NCBI GenBank assembly: GCA_963705505.1
Contig: CAVPJU010000010.1
Span: forward strand, 802,017-866,016
Length of the DNA: 64,000 nt
Source: an uncultured bacterium
GTDB lineage: Bacteria; Desulfobacterota_D; UBA1144; Nemesobacterales; UBA2774
Direction: 5' to 3'
In this document: one piece after another, positions 39,134-49,417 of the stretch
Position numbering within the stretch: position 1 is the first letter of the stretch
Layout of the letters: every line of letters begins with the position of its first letter
Translations under genes and position numbers: made by a program
The notes under the pieces: model-generated
What the model was told of the DNA's origin: nothing
Databases searched by the model: none
What the model saw: the letters and a program-made list of their open reading frames with translations, nothing else

Positions 39134-39784
39134 CTAAGGAGCTACTATGTAGAATCCCCGGGTTTCACACAGGGATGGACTGGGTTTCCATGCTTCAACT
39201 AATGAGTCCCCTTCCCGAATCTGCTCGGGCGTCATTTCAGGGACTATACGATTAAGAGACTCTTCAGCAACTTTTTTTTCATGAGGCGAACCGATCTCAT
39301 GAGCTACGCCGAACCATATATAGGCTTTTAAAAGGTCTTTGTCCTGACCGCAACCCTTTTTACAATCGAGAGACGTATAAGGAAGGCTCGTGCGCGAATA
39401 TACGACACCGAGGCTTATCTGCGCCTGCGCCTGGCCCTGGTCAGCGGACTCGCTCCAGAGCCGGATTGCATTCTCATAGCTTTGACCCACACCGAGGCCG
39501 TCGAAATACAATAAGCCCAATGCGTACCGGGCATCGCAGTCCCCCTCTTCGGCAAGGGGTTCCCAGAATTTGGCTGCGATCTGATAATTCTGCTGCCGGT
39601 ACCAGTTGAGCCCGATTATATAATTATCCTTTTCCGTAAAATCCTTCACCGGGTTCGGAAGCTGGCCGGGAATTTCATCGGGAATATCTTTTACCTGCTG
39701 GCAGCCGAGGGATAAAATCAATATAGCGAACAATAAAACTATATTAGTCCTGCTTTTAGATGCTTTCTCTCTTATGAAATACAT
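39134..39784 (-). CDS. Sel1-repeat lipoprotein
   Basis: Lipobox SLGC; LAEEGDCDARYALGLLYFDGLGV, SADQGQAQAQISLG, KAYIWF, MTPEQI. Confidence 0.85.
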   Translation of the reverse strand: MYFIREKASKSRTNIVLLFAILILSLGCQQVKDIPDEIPGQLPNPVKDFTEKDNYIIGLNWYRQQNYQIAAKFWEPLAEEGDCDARYALGLLYFDGLGVGQSYENAIRLWSESADQGQAQAQISLGVVYSRTSLPYTSLDCKKGCGQDKDLLKAYIWFGVAHEIGSPHEKKVAEESLNRIVPEMTPEQIREGDSLVEAWKPSPSLCETRGFYIVAP

Positions 39785-40128
39785 CTCCGCCTCATATCAA
39801 ATAATTTTGAAACCAAAATTCACATCCAAATATAGTAAATAAAAAATCGAAGTCAAATAAAAGCGGCTAATCGAGCTATATGGAATAAAGCATTAGATTT
39901 TGATTCCATCTTTCTGGAAGAATTAATTGTCTGTGGTTCTATTACGGGCTGAGGGCTCTTCCGGCGTACTTTAATTAGATGGATATAAGTCCGGTACTCA
40001 ATTACGAAACTTCCCGTGCTTATACGGGAAAGGTCACCAAAAAGTCGGGTACGGTATATTAAAGCTTATGATTGAGCTGTCGGGAAACCATTCATATGAA
40101 ACGGCTAATAAGGCATACAAATACATAA

Positions 40129-41405
40129 TCAGCGTATTACCAGAATCTTGCCTTTCTTTGGCTGGCAGCGTAACGCTGCTGACGGTATTGCCGGTCTCGA
40201 CATCTTCATAATTTTGGCCCAGAGAGATTGTGACAGTTCCTGAATCAGCCGGATTAACGATCACCTTGCCCTTCTGCCACTCCCTCTGATAGGCATTGTC
40301 GATGAGGGCAAATACGCCCAATGGTTCGCCCAAATCGAAGTCCTTTAATTTTTGCAGCACACTGTCTGACAACATAGTCTTTGTCCAGGCCATGCCTCTT
40401 CCGTTTTCAGTGACAAGAAGCAACGTGGAAAGTGCGTACCAGAAATCACCATATCCGGTTTGAACGACCGGTTCCGCCCTTCTGTTTTGTATCATGTCCT
40501 GAGCGGCCAGCACTCTCCTCAACCAGATATCTTCGGACTCGGGCACGCCCTCAGGGTTGCTGGTCCAAGTCTCAAACAGCACATAATCGAGATACTGCAT
40601 TAGTTCGGGATATATATCCCTGTTAAAATACTCAGCCTCTACATCACTCCATATATTTGCAAAGTATTTTAATCCGCCCGCTTCATCGTCCGCTCTCTGT
40701 CTCAGCTTTTTGGTAGCGTTCAAGACGTCCTGCTCTCTTTCTTCACGCGTAAAGGTTTTTCCGGTAGCGGGATTTACAGGCAGCGAGCTCCACGCCCACG
40801 GCGCATACACAAGGTAATTGTCCAGGAACCTCATGTTCCAGGATTTTTCTTTATAAGTCCCTTCCCATCTCCCATTGCCGATCGATGATGGTATTTCAAT
40901 AAAATAATCAAAATAAAAATCGACGAAGTCCATATTCCCGTGATCTACGGCATGTTCTTCCGGGAACAGTAGCATGAGTGACGGTCTCGCCGTTAATATC
41001 CGTCAATATCCACTCGGGATGGTTCGGTATAATGTAATCATTATAAATATCTCCTCCCAAATTAAATGCGTTCGGATCATCAGTAGAGTTCATAAATCCC
41101 CAGTTATCATAGGGACCGCAATATTCGACTTTTGATTTGTCCCTTAAATACGGGCACCAGGTTTGAGAAGGCAAGGCATGCCACGAGGTAAGCACTATCT
41201 TGCAGTTGTTTTTTATTTTGTCAGCCGCACTTAATTGAGATGCATTTGCCGAAGTACGACTTGGCAGTGAAAAGTCGGAACAGGCAAGACCCACGAAAGT
41301 GGAAGACGACCTTGCAGCATTAACAGATTGTCCTCCTCCGCCCTGACAGCTCGTGATGAACATCAAAAGGAAAAAAGAGAATACAGCCAGGAAATCAGAC
41401 CGCAT
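40129..41405 (-). CDS. Lipoprotein putative glycoside hydrolase, paralog of the catalytic domain at 33070-34230 (frameshifts near 40972 and 40165)
   Basis: Lipobox ITSC. Shared blocks ADKIKNNCKIVLT, PSQTWCPY, CGPYDNWGFMNST, LDNYLV.APWAWS, YFANxWSDV..EYFNRDIYPELMQYLDY..FETWTSNP. Corrected end VTLQPKKGKILVIR-stop. Confidence 0.75.
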
Positions 41406-41548
41406 GAATCTGTCACCCCACACACATCAATATAGTAAATAGAAAAGTGAAGTCAAATTTGCAACAGGCATTTAGAACCGTAAAAGCATCCATTTGACAA
41501 ACCGGTATAGAGGTGAAAGAATTTATTGGTTAAGGTTAAAGGTCAAAT

Positions 41549-42484
41549 ATGGTGTTGTCAGATTACTATAGATATGACGCTAAAAAGCCCGTAATCTCTT
41601 TTGAAATCTTTCCTCCTAAAACAGAGAGAGGAATGGCGAATCTGGAGACAGTACTCAGGGAACTTGTCGCGCTCGGTCCCCACTTCATTACCGTGACATA
41701 CGGCGCAATGGGCACGACTAGGGAAAGGACTCTCGAGATCGCATCCTTAATCAAAAACCGTTTCGACGTAGAAACCGCATGTCATCTGACCTGCGTAGGG
41801 GCGTCGAGGAAAGATCTCGACAGCATGCTGAATCGCATTTATGACGCCGGGATAGAGAATATTGTGGCTATCCGCGGGGACCCACCTTCAGGCACAAAAG
41901 ATTATTCCGCACCGGAGGACGGATATAAATACGGGGCCGAGCTCGTCCGGCACATAAGGGAATTCGAAATAAAGACGCTCAACCGCAGGTACTTCTGTAT
42001 AGCCGTGGGCGGATACCCTGAAAAGCATATCGAAGCGCCCGATATGGAAACCGACCTCATAAACCTCAAGCGTAAGATCGATGCGGGAGCGGACCTCGTG
42101 ATTACACAGCTCTTTTTTGACAACAGCCATTATTTCTCATTCGTAGAGAAGGCAAGGTCGCACGGCATCGAAACCCCTATAATTCCCGGACTGATGCCCA
42201 TTCTCTCAGCTAAGCAGATAGAGAGGATCACATCGATGTGCGGAGCTTCGATCCCTTCAGGCCTCAAGGAGAGACTGGACGCGTGTGGGGATAACGACGA
42301 GAAAGCGCGAGCGATCGGCATAGCCCAGTGCATAGAGCAATCCAAAGAGCTCCTCGCCAGCGGCGTACCCGGCATTCATTTTTACGTGCTCAATAAATCC
42401 GACCATATGAAAGAGATTATAGAGGCTTTACCGGTTAATCTTTACAAGTTCTCAGGCGCACAATTTGCCGCACATAATCCTTAA
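41549..42484 (+). CDS. metF: Methylenetetrahydrofolate reductase
   Basis: SFEIFPPKT, VTYGA, HLTC, RGDPP, GYPEKH, KRKIDAGAD..ITQLFFD, HFY.LN. Confidence 0.95.
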   Translation: MVLSDYYRYDAKKPVISFEIFPPKTERGMANLETVLRELVALGPHFITVTYGAMGTTRERTLEIASLIKNRFDVETACHLTCVGASRKDLDSMLNRIYDAGIENIVAIRGDPPSGTKDYSAPEDGYKYGAELVRHIREFEIKTLNRRYFCIAVGGYPEKHIEAPDMETDLINLKRKIDAGADLVITQLFFDNSHYFSFVEKARSHGIETPIIPGLMPILSAKQIERITSMCGASIPSGLKERLDACGDNDEKARAIGIAQCIEQSKELLASGVPGIHFYVLNKSDHMKEIIEALPVNLYKFSGAQFAAHNP

Positions 42485-42505
42485 TTAGCAGATCCTGACA
42501 AATAA

Positions 42506-43183
42506 ATGCCGGATACAATCGGACTTTTCAATAAAGTTGCAAAGCACTACGATGCGCTCAACACGTTTTTCAGCCTGGGCATGGACAGCCGCTGGAGAAA
42601 ACGCCTGACGGATGAGATAAAGGGGTCCCTACTGGTGCTGGATATAGCGACAGGGACGGGGGAGGTGGCGATAGAGACGGTAAGGAATCTCAAAGAGTGC
42701 AGAGTGATAGGGGCCGACCCGAGCGCCCAGATGCTGAAACTGGCCAAAAGAAAAATAGACTCGTCGGGGAATTTCAGAAGGATCGCTCTTTCTCAATGCA
42801 GCGCGGAGCATCTACCTTTCAGGGACGACTCGTTTGACGCAGCGACTATCGCTTTCGGCATAAGGAACACGGAAGACCCTCTACAATCGCTTTTCGAGAT
42901 GAAAAGGGTATTAAAGCCCGGGGGAAAAGTCGGTATCCTAGAGTTCGCCATACCCCGGAATAAATTATTTTCGCTCTTTTATTTATTCTATTTCAGGAAT
43001 TTTCTTCCCTTTATCGGATCGCTTTTCGGCACCGGGAGCGAATATAGGTATCTCTCCGATTCCACTTCTGCATTCCCTCAGCGGGAAGGCTTTATCAAGC
43101 TTATGGAGGAGGCCGGATTGAGGCCGGAAAAATCGATCGAGCTCATGATGGGAATAGCTATTATTTATCTGGGAGTTAAATAG
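42506..43183 (+). CDS. ubiE: Ubiquinone/menaquinone C-methyltransferase (UbiE/MenG)
   Basis: F..VA..YD.LN..FSLG.D.RWR, LDIATGTG, AEHLPF.DDSFDA.TIAFGIRN. Confidence 0.9.
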   Translation: MPDTIGLFNKVAKHYDALNTFFSLGMDSRWRKRLTDEIKGSLLVLDIATGTGEVAIETVRNLKECRVIGADPSAQMLKLAKRKIDSSGNFRRIALSQCSAEHLPFRDDSFDAATIAFGIRNTEDPLQSLFEMKRVLKPGGKVGILEFAIPRNKLFSLFYLFYFRNFLPFIGSLFGTGSEYRYLSDSTSAFPQREGFIKLMEEAGLRPEKSIELMMGIAIIYLGVK

Positions 43184-43231
43184 CGGGTTCGGGTAATACC
43201 TGGGGAGGAGAGGATATTCGCCGATAATCTC

Positions 43232-43867
43232 TCATGGCGCCAGCCGTTCTATCCGCCATCCGCCGCCTTTAATCTTCCTGTACCGAAGGCGGTCGTGGAG
43301 CCTGTTAGGCCTCCCCTGCCAGAATTCGATAGATGAGGGGATAAGCCTGTATCCGTTCCAGTATAAGGGTCTCGGGATATCCATGTCGGCATACTCGAGA
43401 TCAATCTTATGATACTGCTCATCGAGGTATTCCCTGCTGCGTATGACCCGGCTCTGCTGAGACGCCCACGCGCCTATCTGGCTGCCCCTGGGCCTGGTCG
43501 CAAAGTATAAATCCGCTTCCGCCTCGGGCACTACATACACTTTTCCCTCGATACGCACCTGGCGCTCGAGCTTATCCCACCAGAAACAGATTGCAGCATC
43601 GGGGTTTCCGGAGAGCTCGCCCCCTTTCCTGCTTTCGGAGTTCGTATAGAAAACGAACCCGTTCTCATCGAACCCCTTCAGAAGAAGCATCCTTGCGGAC
43701 GGCTTTCCTTCGGGGGATACGGTGGCGAGCGCAAAAGCGTCCGGATGTACGAGACCCGCGTTCAATGCAGTGTCATACCAGAGCTGAAACTGCTTGAATG
43801 GATCGGGATCGAGGTCTTCTTCAAGGAGCTGAAAGATACCGAATTGTTTCGACTCAGAATTCTCCAA
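43232..43867 (-). CDS. pdxH: Pyridoxamine 5'-phosphate oxidase
   Basis: PSARMLLLK, FVFYTN.ESRKG, RQVRIEG, RPRGSQIGAWASQQS, EFWQGRPNRLHDR. Confidence 0.96.
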   Translation of the reverse strand: MENSESKQFGIFQLLEEDLDPDPFKQFQLWYDTALNAGLVHPDAFALATVSPEGKPSARMLLLKGFDENGFVFYTNSESRKGGELSGNPDAAICFWWDKLERQVRIEGKVYVVPEAEADLYFATRPRGSQIGAWASQQSRVIRSREYLDEQYHKIDLEYADMDIPRPLYWNGYRLIPSSIEFWQGRPNRLHDRLRYRKIKGGGWRIERLAP

Positions 43868-43891
43868 TGTCGGACTCGCTAGATTATGGAT

Positions 43892-44785
43892 TTAAGATAA
43901 TACATGCTCCAATGCATTTTTCAGGTCGGGATACCGAAACTTATAGCCCGAGCTCAGGAGTTTCACAGGCTCGGCCCGTGTGCTGGTCAGCATAGTTTCG
44001 TCGGCCATTTCGCCGAGCAAGCCGCGAAGCGCAAATGCCGGCAGGGGCAAAAGGGCCGGACGTCCGAGGACGTCTCCGAGTGTTCTTGTAAACTCAATAT
44101 TTGTTACCGGATTGGGCGCGACGAAATTGACGGGACCGCTGATGCTGTCCGTAGCAATGGAATGAATAATCGCCCCCAGCACATCGTCAATCGCAATCCA
44201 GCTCCAATACTGCCGACCGCTGCCTACCCTGCCTCCGATCCCGAGCTTAAACGGCAGGAGCATTTTCTCGAGCGCCCCGCCCTGGCGCGACAACACTATA
44301 CCCAGCCGCATGTTCACCACTCTGATGCCGGCTTCTATTGCCGGTCTCAGGGCATTCTCCCATTTCACGCTGAGCCCAGCCAGAAAACCCTCTCCCGGCG
44401 TGCTCTCCTCCGTTAAAATCTCGTCCCCTCTATTCCCGTAATATCCGACACCGGAAGCGGAGACTATAACACCGGGCTTTGACCTCAAACGAGCCAGGGT
44501 TTCGGAGAGGAGCCTCGTGCCTTTAACGCGGCTGTCTGCTATTTTGACCTTTTTCTCCCGCGTCCATCTTCCCGCAATACTTTCCCCCGCAAGATGAACT
44601 ACCGCTTCATGACCCTCGAGCTTATCGACGTCTATTTTCCCTTCATCGGGGTTCCAGTATGCCGTGTCCCCGGACGAATTTGACTTCGACCTCGTAAGTC
44701 TCGTTATGTTATGACCCTCTCCGTCGAGAAGAGGAATGAGCCGTGAGCCTATAAGCCCGGAGGGTCCGGTTACCAAGATTTTCAT
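43892..44785 (-). CDS. NAD(P)-dependent epimerase-like oxidoreductase (TIGR01777/YfcH type)
   Basis: KILVTGPSGLIG, HLAGESIAGRWT, GGRVGSGRQYWSWI, GPVNFVAPNPVTN. Confidence 0.9.
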   Translation of the reverse strand: MKILVTGPSGLIGSRLIPLLDGEGHNITRLTRSKSNSSGDTAYWNPDEGKIDVDKLEGHEAVVHLAGESIAGRWTREKKVKIADSRVKGTRLLSETLARLRSKPGVIVSASGVGYYGNRGDEILTEESTPGEGFLAGLSVKWENALRPAIEAGIRVVNMRLGIVLSRQGGALEKMLLPFKLGIGGRVGSGRQYWSWIAIDDVLGAIIHSIATDSISGPVNFVAPNPVTNIEFTRTLGDVLGRPALLPLPAFALRGLLGEMADETMLTSTRAEPVKLLSSGYKFRYPDLKNALEHVLS

Positions 44786-44838
44786 AGCCCGTTTACAGCG
44801 GTTAGATTATCATATCCTGACGCTCTTTGCAGAGAATT

Positions 44839-45852
44839 CTAACTGCCGAAGACCTCGAGTATCGCCCTCTGGTACTCGCCGACCTCCTCGAAATCAATAT
44901 AGTAATGAGGGGCGCTTAAAACGGGCATGTCGATATATTCCCTGTACTCGTTTATCTTCCTTCTGCACTGCTCCGCGTTCCCAACGACGGCGAAAGCGGA
45001 GACCATATCGTCGGTCACGCTCTTTATCATCGAGCTTACGTCCCGGTTGAGAAAAGCATCTCTTATAATCTTAGCCTCTTTCTCGAATCCGTGGAGCCTG
45101 AAGGGAGGCTCGTATGTGCGCACGGTCGCGTAAAATGCTATTGTGGCTCTGGCCGCATGCATCGCCCTCCTTTTGTCGTCGGAAATTGCGCACGTGATAA
45201 TGGAGGCAGTCCTGAATTCGCCTGACTTCCGCGGGGACTTGACCAGTCCCGCTTTCACGCTCTTTGTGACGACCTCCCTCAAGTACCTGAGCGAGCAGAC
45301 TACATGCCCGAGGTACCCGTCCGCCGACTCACCGGCAGCCTGACACATTTTACTCCCCACCCCGGCGAGATAGATGGGGATCATGTCTCTCTCGGGCTTA
45401 AACGGTCTCCTGTAGCCTCTTGTGTTTATCTTATAATATTCGCCCCGATATTCCACGGGAGTCTCGGAATGGAGGTTCCCGATCATAAGCCTTATGACCT
45501 CGATGCATTCCTTAATGCGCGTCACGGGCTTCCCGTGCGTGATCCCGTGCCACAATTCGTTCGTACGCATTGCTCCGGTGCCGAGGCCGAGTATAAGTCT
45601 CCCGCGGGAGATTTCATCGACGTCGAGCGCGGTCAGAGAGGTGACGAGGGGGCTCCTCACAAATGCGAGGGCGACTGCGGATCCGAGCTTGATTGTTGAG
45701 GTAGCCCCGGCCGCGGCACTCAGCTGCTGGAATGAAGTGCGGTAGAGCTCGGTAGCCCAGACGGAGTCAAAACCTGCGTCTTCGGCTTCCCGCGCGAGCC
45801 GGACGATATCGGATATTTTCTCCGCGTCGAGAATGATTCCTACGGGCTTCAT
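44839..45852 (-). CDS. Luciferase-like (LLM) flavin/F420-dependent oxidoreductase
   Basis: AEDAGFDSVWATE, AVALAFVRSP, SRGRLILGLG, PIYLAGVG, AGESADG. Confidence 0.85.
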   Translation of the reverse strand: MKPVGIILDAEKISDIVRLAREAEDAGFDSVWATELYRTSFQQLSAAAGATSTIKLGSAVALAFVRSPLVTSLTALDVDEISRGRLILGLGTGAMRTNELWHGITHGKPVTRIKECIEVIRLMIGNLHSETPVEYRGEYYKINTRGYRRPFKPERDMIPIYLAGVGSKMCQAAGESADGYLGHVVCSLRYLREVVTKSVKAGLVKSPRKSGEFRTASIITCAISDDKRRAMHAARATIAFYATVRTYEPPFRLHGFEKEAKIIRDAFLNRDVSSMIKSVTDDMVSAFAVVGNAEQCRRKINEYREYIDMPVLSAPHYYIDFEEVGEYQRAILEVFGS

Positions 45853-45876
45853 AAGGAAGGACCGCCTTAAAATAGA

Positions 45877-45899
45877 AAGGCGGCCTTGAGGCCGCCCTT
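45877..45899 (-). terminator. Terminator downstream of rplQ
   Basis: Minus strand AAGGGCGGCC-TCAA-GGCCGCCTT then TCTATTTT. Confidence 0.6.
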
Positions 45900-45999
45900 A
45901 GTATTATCTAAATTTTCAGTGATTACTCGAATTATCAATTCCCTTATCAAAATCCCAACCAATACCGGACTCTTGCACCGGGATATTGAACCGATATAT

Positions 46000-46683
46000 T
46001 TAATCTTCGTTTTTCTTCCCGGTACCTGTTTCAGTATCCGTTTCAGGTGTGCTCTCCTCTGCTTGCGGTGGCTGCACCTCTGCAGTCTCGGGAGCGGTGG
46101 CCGTCGGCGTTTCCGTTACCGGCTCTTCCGTCTTTACTTCCGGTTCATGCACGTGCTCCGGGGCCGCTTTTTCAGCCGCTATCTTTCCTTCTTCAGTCAA
46201 TCCCAGCTCTTCGGCAGACTCCTTTTTCGAGCTCTTTGCTTTTGGCTTTCCTTCAGCCGGGGTCTCCCCGGTCTTGGGCTGTTTTTTGGCAGACGTCTTG
46301 GCTTTCTTCTTCTTTGCGGGCTTATAATCCTCTTCCACAAGCTCTATTACGGAGATCGGCGTGTTGTCGCCTTTCCTGAAGCCGAGCTTGACGATCCTCG
46401 TATAACCGCCCGGACGGTCTTTGAATTTGGCGGCAATCTCATCGAATAGCTTCTTCAGAACACTCTTATCGCGTATGTAAGCCGCGGCCTGCCTTCTTTT
46501 GTGAAGTGTCCCTTCCTTTGCGAGAGTTATCATTTTTTCCGCAATTCTCCTGAGTTCCTTGGCCTTCATGTCGGTCGTCTTTATTTTGTCGAAACGGAAT
46601 AAATCCGTAACCATATTGCGGAACATGGATTTTCTGTGTTTTGTTGTGACTCCGAGTTTACGTCCCAGTCTCTTATGCCTCAT
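46000..46683 (-). CDS. rplQ: 50S ribosomal protein L17 with long C-terminal extension
   Basis: [11 protein letters not shown]...[17 protein letters not shown]. Confidence 0.96.
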   Translation of the reverse strand: MRHKRLGRKLGVTTKHRKSMFRNMVTDLFRFDKIKTTDMKAKELRRIAEKMITLAKEGTLHKRRQAAAYIRDKSVLKKLFDEIAAKFKDRPGGYTRIVKLGFRKGDNTPISVIELVEEDYKPAKKKKAKTSAKKQPKTGETPAEGKPKAKSSKKESAEELGLTEEGKIAAEKAAPEHVHEPEVKTEEPVTETPTATAPETAEVQPPQAEESTPETDTETGTGKKNED

Positions 46684-46713
46684 CTTGCAGTCTCCGATTC
46701 TCCACTCAAAAAG

Positions 46714-47745
46714 TTATTGAGAAACCATCCTCTCGCTACGCTTTGCTTTTTCACTGTTAAAGACTTCCTGGTCAATTTTGAGCCCGAGTCCGAGACCCAT
46801 TTCGATCAGCCTCTCTTTGATTTCATAAAGAGAGCGCTTGCCGAAATTCTCCAAATTCAGCAGGTCTTCCTCGGTCTTCTGAATCAAATCACCGGCATAC
46901 TCGACACCGGCCTTTCTCAAACAGTTAAGAGACCTTGCAGAGAGGTCCATTTCATCGATCGTATTGAATAGAATTTCCTCTGTACCTTTTATCTCCTGCT
47001 TGTCTTCGCTTTCGGGAGCTTCGTCCACCTCCGCTTCGTCGAAATTGATAAACACCGAAAGCTGGTGTTTTACTATTTTAGAAGCGTAAGCCAGCGCATC
47101 CTCGGGTAATATCGTACCGTTCGTCCAAATCTCCAGAGTGAGCCTCTGGAAATCCGTACGCCTTCCGACTCTCGAGTTGGTAACAGCATAATTTACCTTT
47201 CTGACAGGCGAGAACAAAGCGTCTATCGGAATAACGCCTATCGTGCTCTGAAGCTCGCCGCGTCTTTCTACGGGCTCGTAACCCCTCCCCATCTCGACCT
47301 TCATCTCCATCTCGAGCTTTGCGCCTTCGGAAAGGGTCGCAATATGGTGATCGAGGTTCAGTATTTCAACATTATGACCCGTGCTTATATCCCCCGCCGT
47401 GATATCGCATTCCCCGCGCCCGCTGACACGGATGGTCTGAGGCTCGTAGGTGTGCATTTTGAGCTCCAAGCCCTTTAGGTTGAGAATAATCTCCGTAACG
47501 TCCTCTTTTACCCCCGGGATGGACGAAAACTCATGCAGAACGCCGTCTATCTTGATAGAGGTAATAGCGGGCCCCTGAATTGAGGACAGCAGCACCCTTC
47601 TTAATGCATTTCCAAGTGTAACTCCGTATCCGCGTTCCAGAGGTTCGCACACGAATTTTGTGTAAAATGGAGAAGCGCTTTTCTCTTCCTTCTCTATCCT
47701 TTTAGGTTTAATTAGATCTTGCCAATTTTTTTGAAAATCCTTCAC
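46714..47745 (-). CDS. rpoA: RNA polymerase alpha subunit
   Basis: EPLERGYGVTLGNALRRVLLSSI, LSARSLNCL. Likely GTG start 47745 after GGAGG. Confidence 0.97.
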   Translation of the reverse strand: MKDFQKNWQDLIKPKRIEKEEKSASPFYTKFVCEPLERGYGVTLGNALRRVLLSSIQGPAITSIKIDGVLHEFSSIPGVKEDVTEIILNLKGLELKMHTYEPQTIRVSGRGECDITAGDISTGHNVEILNLDHHIATLSEGAKLEMEMKVEMGRGYEPVERRGELQSTIGVIPIDALFSPVRKVNYAVTNSRVGRRTDFQRLTLEIWTNGTILPEDALAYASKIVKHQLSVFINFDEAEVDEAPESEDKQEIKGTEEILFNTIDEMDLSARSLNCLRKAGVEYAGDLIQKTEEDLLNLENFGKRSLYEIKERLIEMGLGLGLKIDQEVFNSEKAKRSERMVSQ

Positions 47746-47793
47746 CTTGTTCCCTCCGTTTTCGGAACTGAACACATTTTTACAGCTGAAATG

Positions 47794-48426
47794 CTATACT
47801 CTTGAATAAAATTCGACAATTAGCTGTTCCTCAATCGGAAATGTCACGTCGTCCCTCGCAGGAACCCTGAGCACTGACCCTTTATAATTCTCTTCGTCGA
47901 GCTCAAGCCAATCGGGGACCCCTCTTCTCGAATTGAATTCAAGGGCCTGATTTATCCTTTTAAGTTTTTTGCTTTTCTCCCTGATTTCTATCTTATCGCC
48001 TTCCTTGACCTGGAAAGACGGGATATTGACCACATCGCCGTTCACCATTACATGCGCATGGCTCACGAGCTGCCTCGCGTCATTCCTCGAGCTGCCGAAA
48101 CAGAGACGGTAGATTACGTTATCAAGCCTCCTCTCGAGCATCGATATAAGAATGGTGCCTGTTACACCCTTCACCCGCGAGGCCTTTTCGAAATACCCCC
48201 TGAACTGCTTTTCTCTGATCCCGTACATCCTCTTTACTTTTTGCTTTTCTCTCAGCCTGAGACCGAATTCAGAGAATTTGCCGCGGAATTTGCCGTGTTC
48301 GCCCGGAACCTGGTCCGGTCTTTTTTCGACTGCGGTTTTGCCGTTATAGCTCCGTTCACCCTTCAAGAAAAGGTTCACGCCTTCCCTTCTTGAAAGTCTG
48401 TCAGTAGGCCCGGTATATCTTCCCAT
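47794..48426 (-). CDS. rpsD: 30S ribosomal protein S4
   Basis: LREKQK, LERRLDN, ARQLVSH.H, EQLIVEFYSR. Confidence 0.97.
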   Translation of the reverse strand: MGRYTGPTDRLSRREGVNLFLKGERSYNGKTAVEKRPDQVPGEHGKFRGKFSEFGLRLREKQKVKRMYGIREKQFRGYFEKASRVKGVTGTILISMLERRLDNVIYRLCFGSSRNDARQLVSHAHVMVNGDVVNIPSFQVKEGDKIEIREKSKKLKRINQALEFNSRRGVPDWLELDEENYKGSVLRVPARDDVTFPIEEQLIVEFYSRV

Positions 48427-48484
48427 TTACTGCTTAACCTCCTTGGAATACTTAACTAAAATTTCGCGTAAATAATCCGTCTCG

Positions 48485-48871
48485 TTATACCCTTCTTCTG
48501 CCCGGCGGTCTGCAGCCGTTGTGCGGTATGGGTGTGACGTCCCTGATGAAAGTAATTTTAAGACCGGATGCCTGAAGAGACCTTATCGCAGGCTCCCTGC
48601 CCGGACCCGGACCCTTCACATACACCGTTACACTCTTCATTCCTACGGTCGCAGCTTTTTTCGCCGCGTCCTCAGCCGCGATCTGAGCCGCAAAGGGCGT
48701 CCCTTTCCGCGTCCCCTTAAACCCTTTCATACCGCCGCTCGACCATGCTATAACATTACCGCTGTTGTCGCTAATCGTTATGATAGTATTATTGAACGTT
48801 GCCTGAATATTAACTACTCCCTGTTCGACAAACTTTCTAGCTTTCTTCTTTCCGCTCTTTTTAGCCGCCAT
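48485..48871 (-). CDS. rpsK: 30S ribosomal protein S11
   Basis: [23 protein letters not shown]. Confidence 0.97.
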   Translation of the reverse strand: MAAKKSGKKKARKFVEQGVVNIQATFNNTIITISDNSGNVIAWSSGGMKGFKGTRKGTPFAAQIAAEDAAKKAATVGMKSVTVYVKGPGPGREPAIRSLQASGLKITFIRDVTPIPHNGCRPPGRRRV

Positions 48872-48890
48872 ACGTTATCTCCAGACAATA

Positions 48891-49271
48891 TTATTTAGTT
48901 GTTTTCTTCTTTTTGGCAATCGCGGTCCCGCGGGGTCCTTTTCGTGTACGCGCGTTCGATTTGGTCTTCTGGCCGCGCACGGGAAGCCCCATCCTGTGTC
49001 GCACGCCCCTGTAACAGCCTATTTCGATCAACCGTTTGATATTGGACTGGACTTCCTTCCTCAATTCCCCTTCCACGGTGTATTTGTTCTCCAATAAATC
49101 CCTTATCACCGCAACCTCATGATCCGTGAGATCCTTCGCCTGTGTATTCACATCGATCTGCGCTTCCCTGAGGATTTCTTTCGATAAAACCCTGCCGATG
49201 CCGTATATATACGTCAGTCCGACCTCTATTCTCTTGTTAAGCGGTATATCGACGCCTGCGATCCTGGGCAT
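48891..49271 (-). CDS. rpsM: 30S ribosomal protein S13
   Basis: [34 protein letters not shown]. Confidence 0.97.
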   Translation of the reverse strand: MPRIAGVDIPLNKRIEVGLTYIYGIGRVLSKEILREAQIDVNTQAKDLTDHEVAVIRDLLENKYTVEGELRKEVQSNIKRLIEIGCYRGVRHRMGLPVRGQKTKSNARTRKGPRGTAIAKKKKTTK

Positions 49272-49283
49272 AGTGCTTCCCTC

Positions 49284-49397
49284 CTACCCTTGCTTTTGTT
49301 TATGTCTCTTATTCGTGCAAATAATCCTTACTACGCCTTTTCTTTTAATAATTCTGCACTTTTCGCAAATCTTTTTAACTGACGCTCTGACCTTCAC
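49284..49397 (-). CDS. rpmJ: 50S ribosomal protein L36 (Zn-ribbon form)
   Basis: Not in ORF track. GTG start, [37 protein letters not shown]. Confidence 0.96.
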   Translation of the reverse strand: MKVRASVKKICEKCRIIKRKGVVRIICTNKRHKQKQG

Positions 49398-49417
49398 TTG
49401 AAGTCACCCCGCTAAAA

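Noticed and set aside
33900..40980. Both hydrolase paralogs are frameshifted at nearly the same codon (near 33915 and 40972), suggesting programmed frameshifting
   Set aside because: Pairwise alignment suggests one copy lacks a base and the other has an extra one. There is no shared slippery sequence, and indels are common in this assembly.
41460..41548. SAM riboswitch upstream of metF
   Set aside because: The leader is short, contains a promoter-like TTGACA, and lacks SAM-aptamer motifs.
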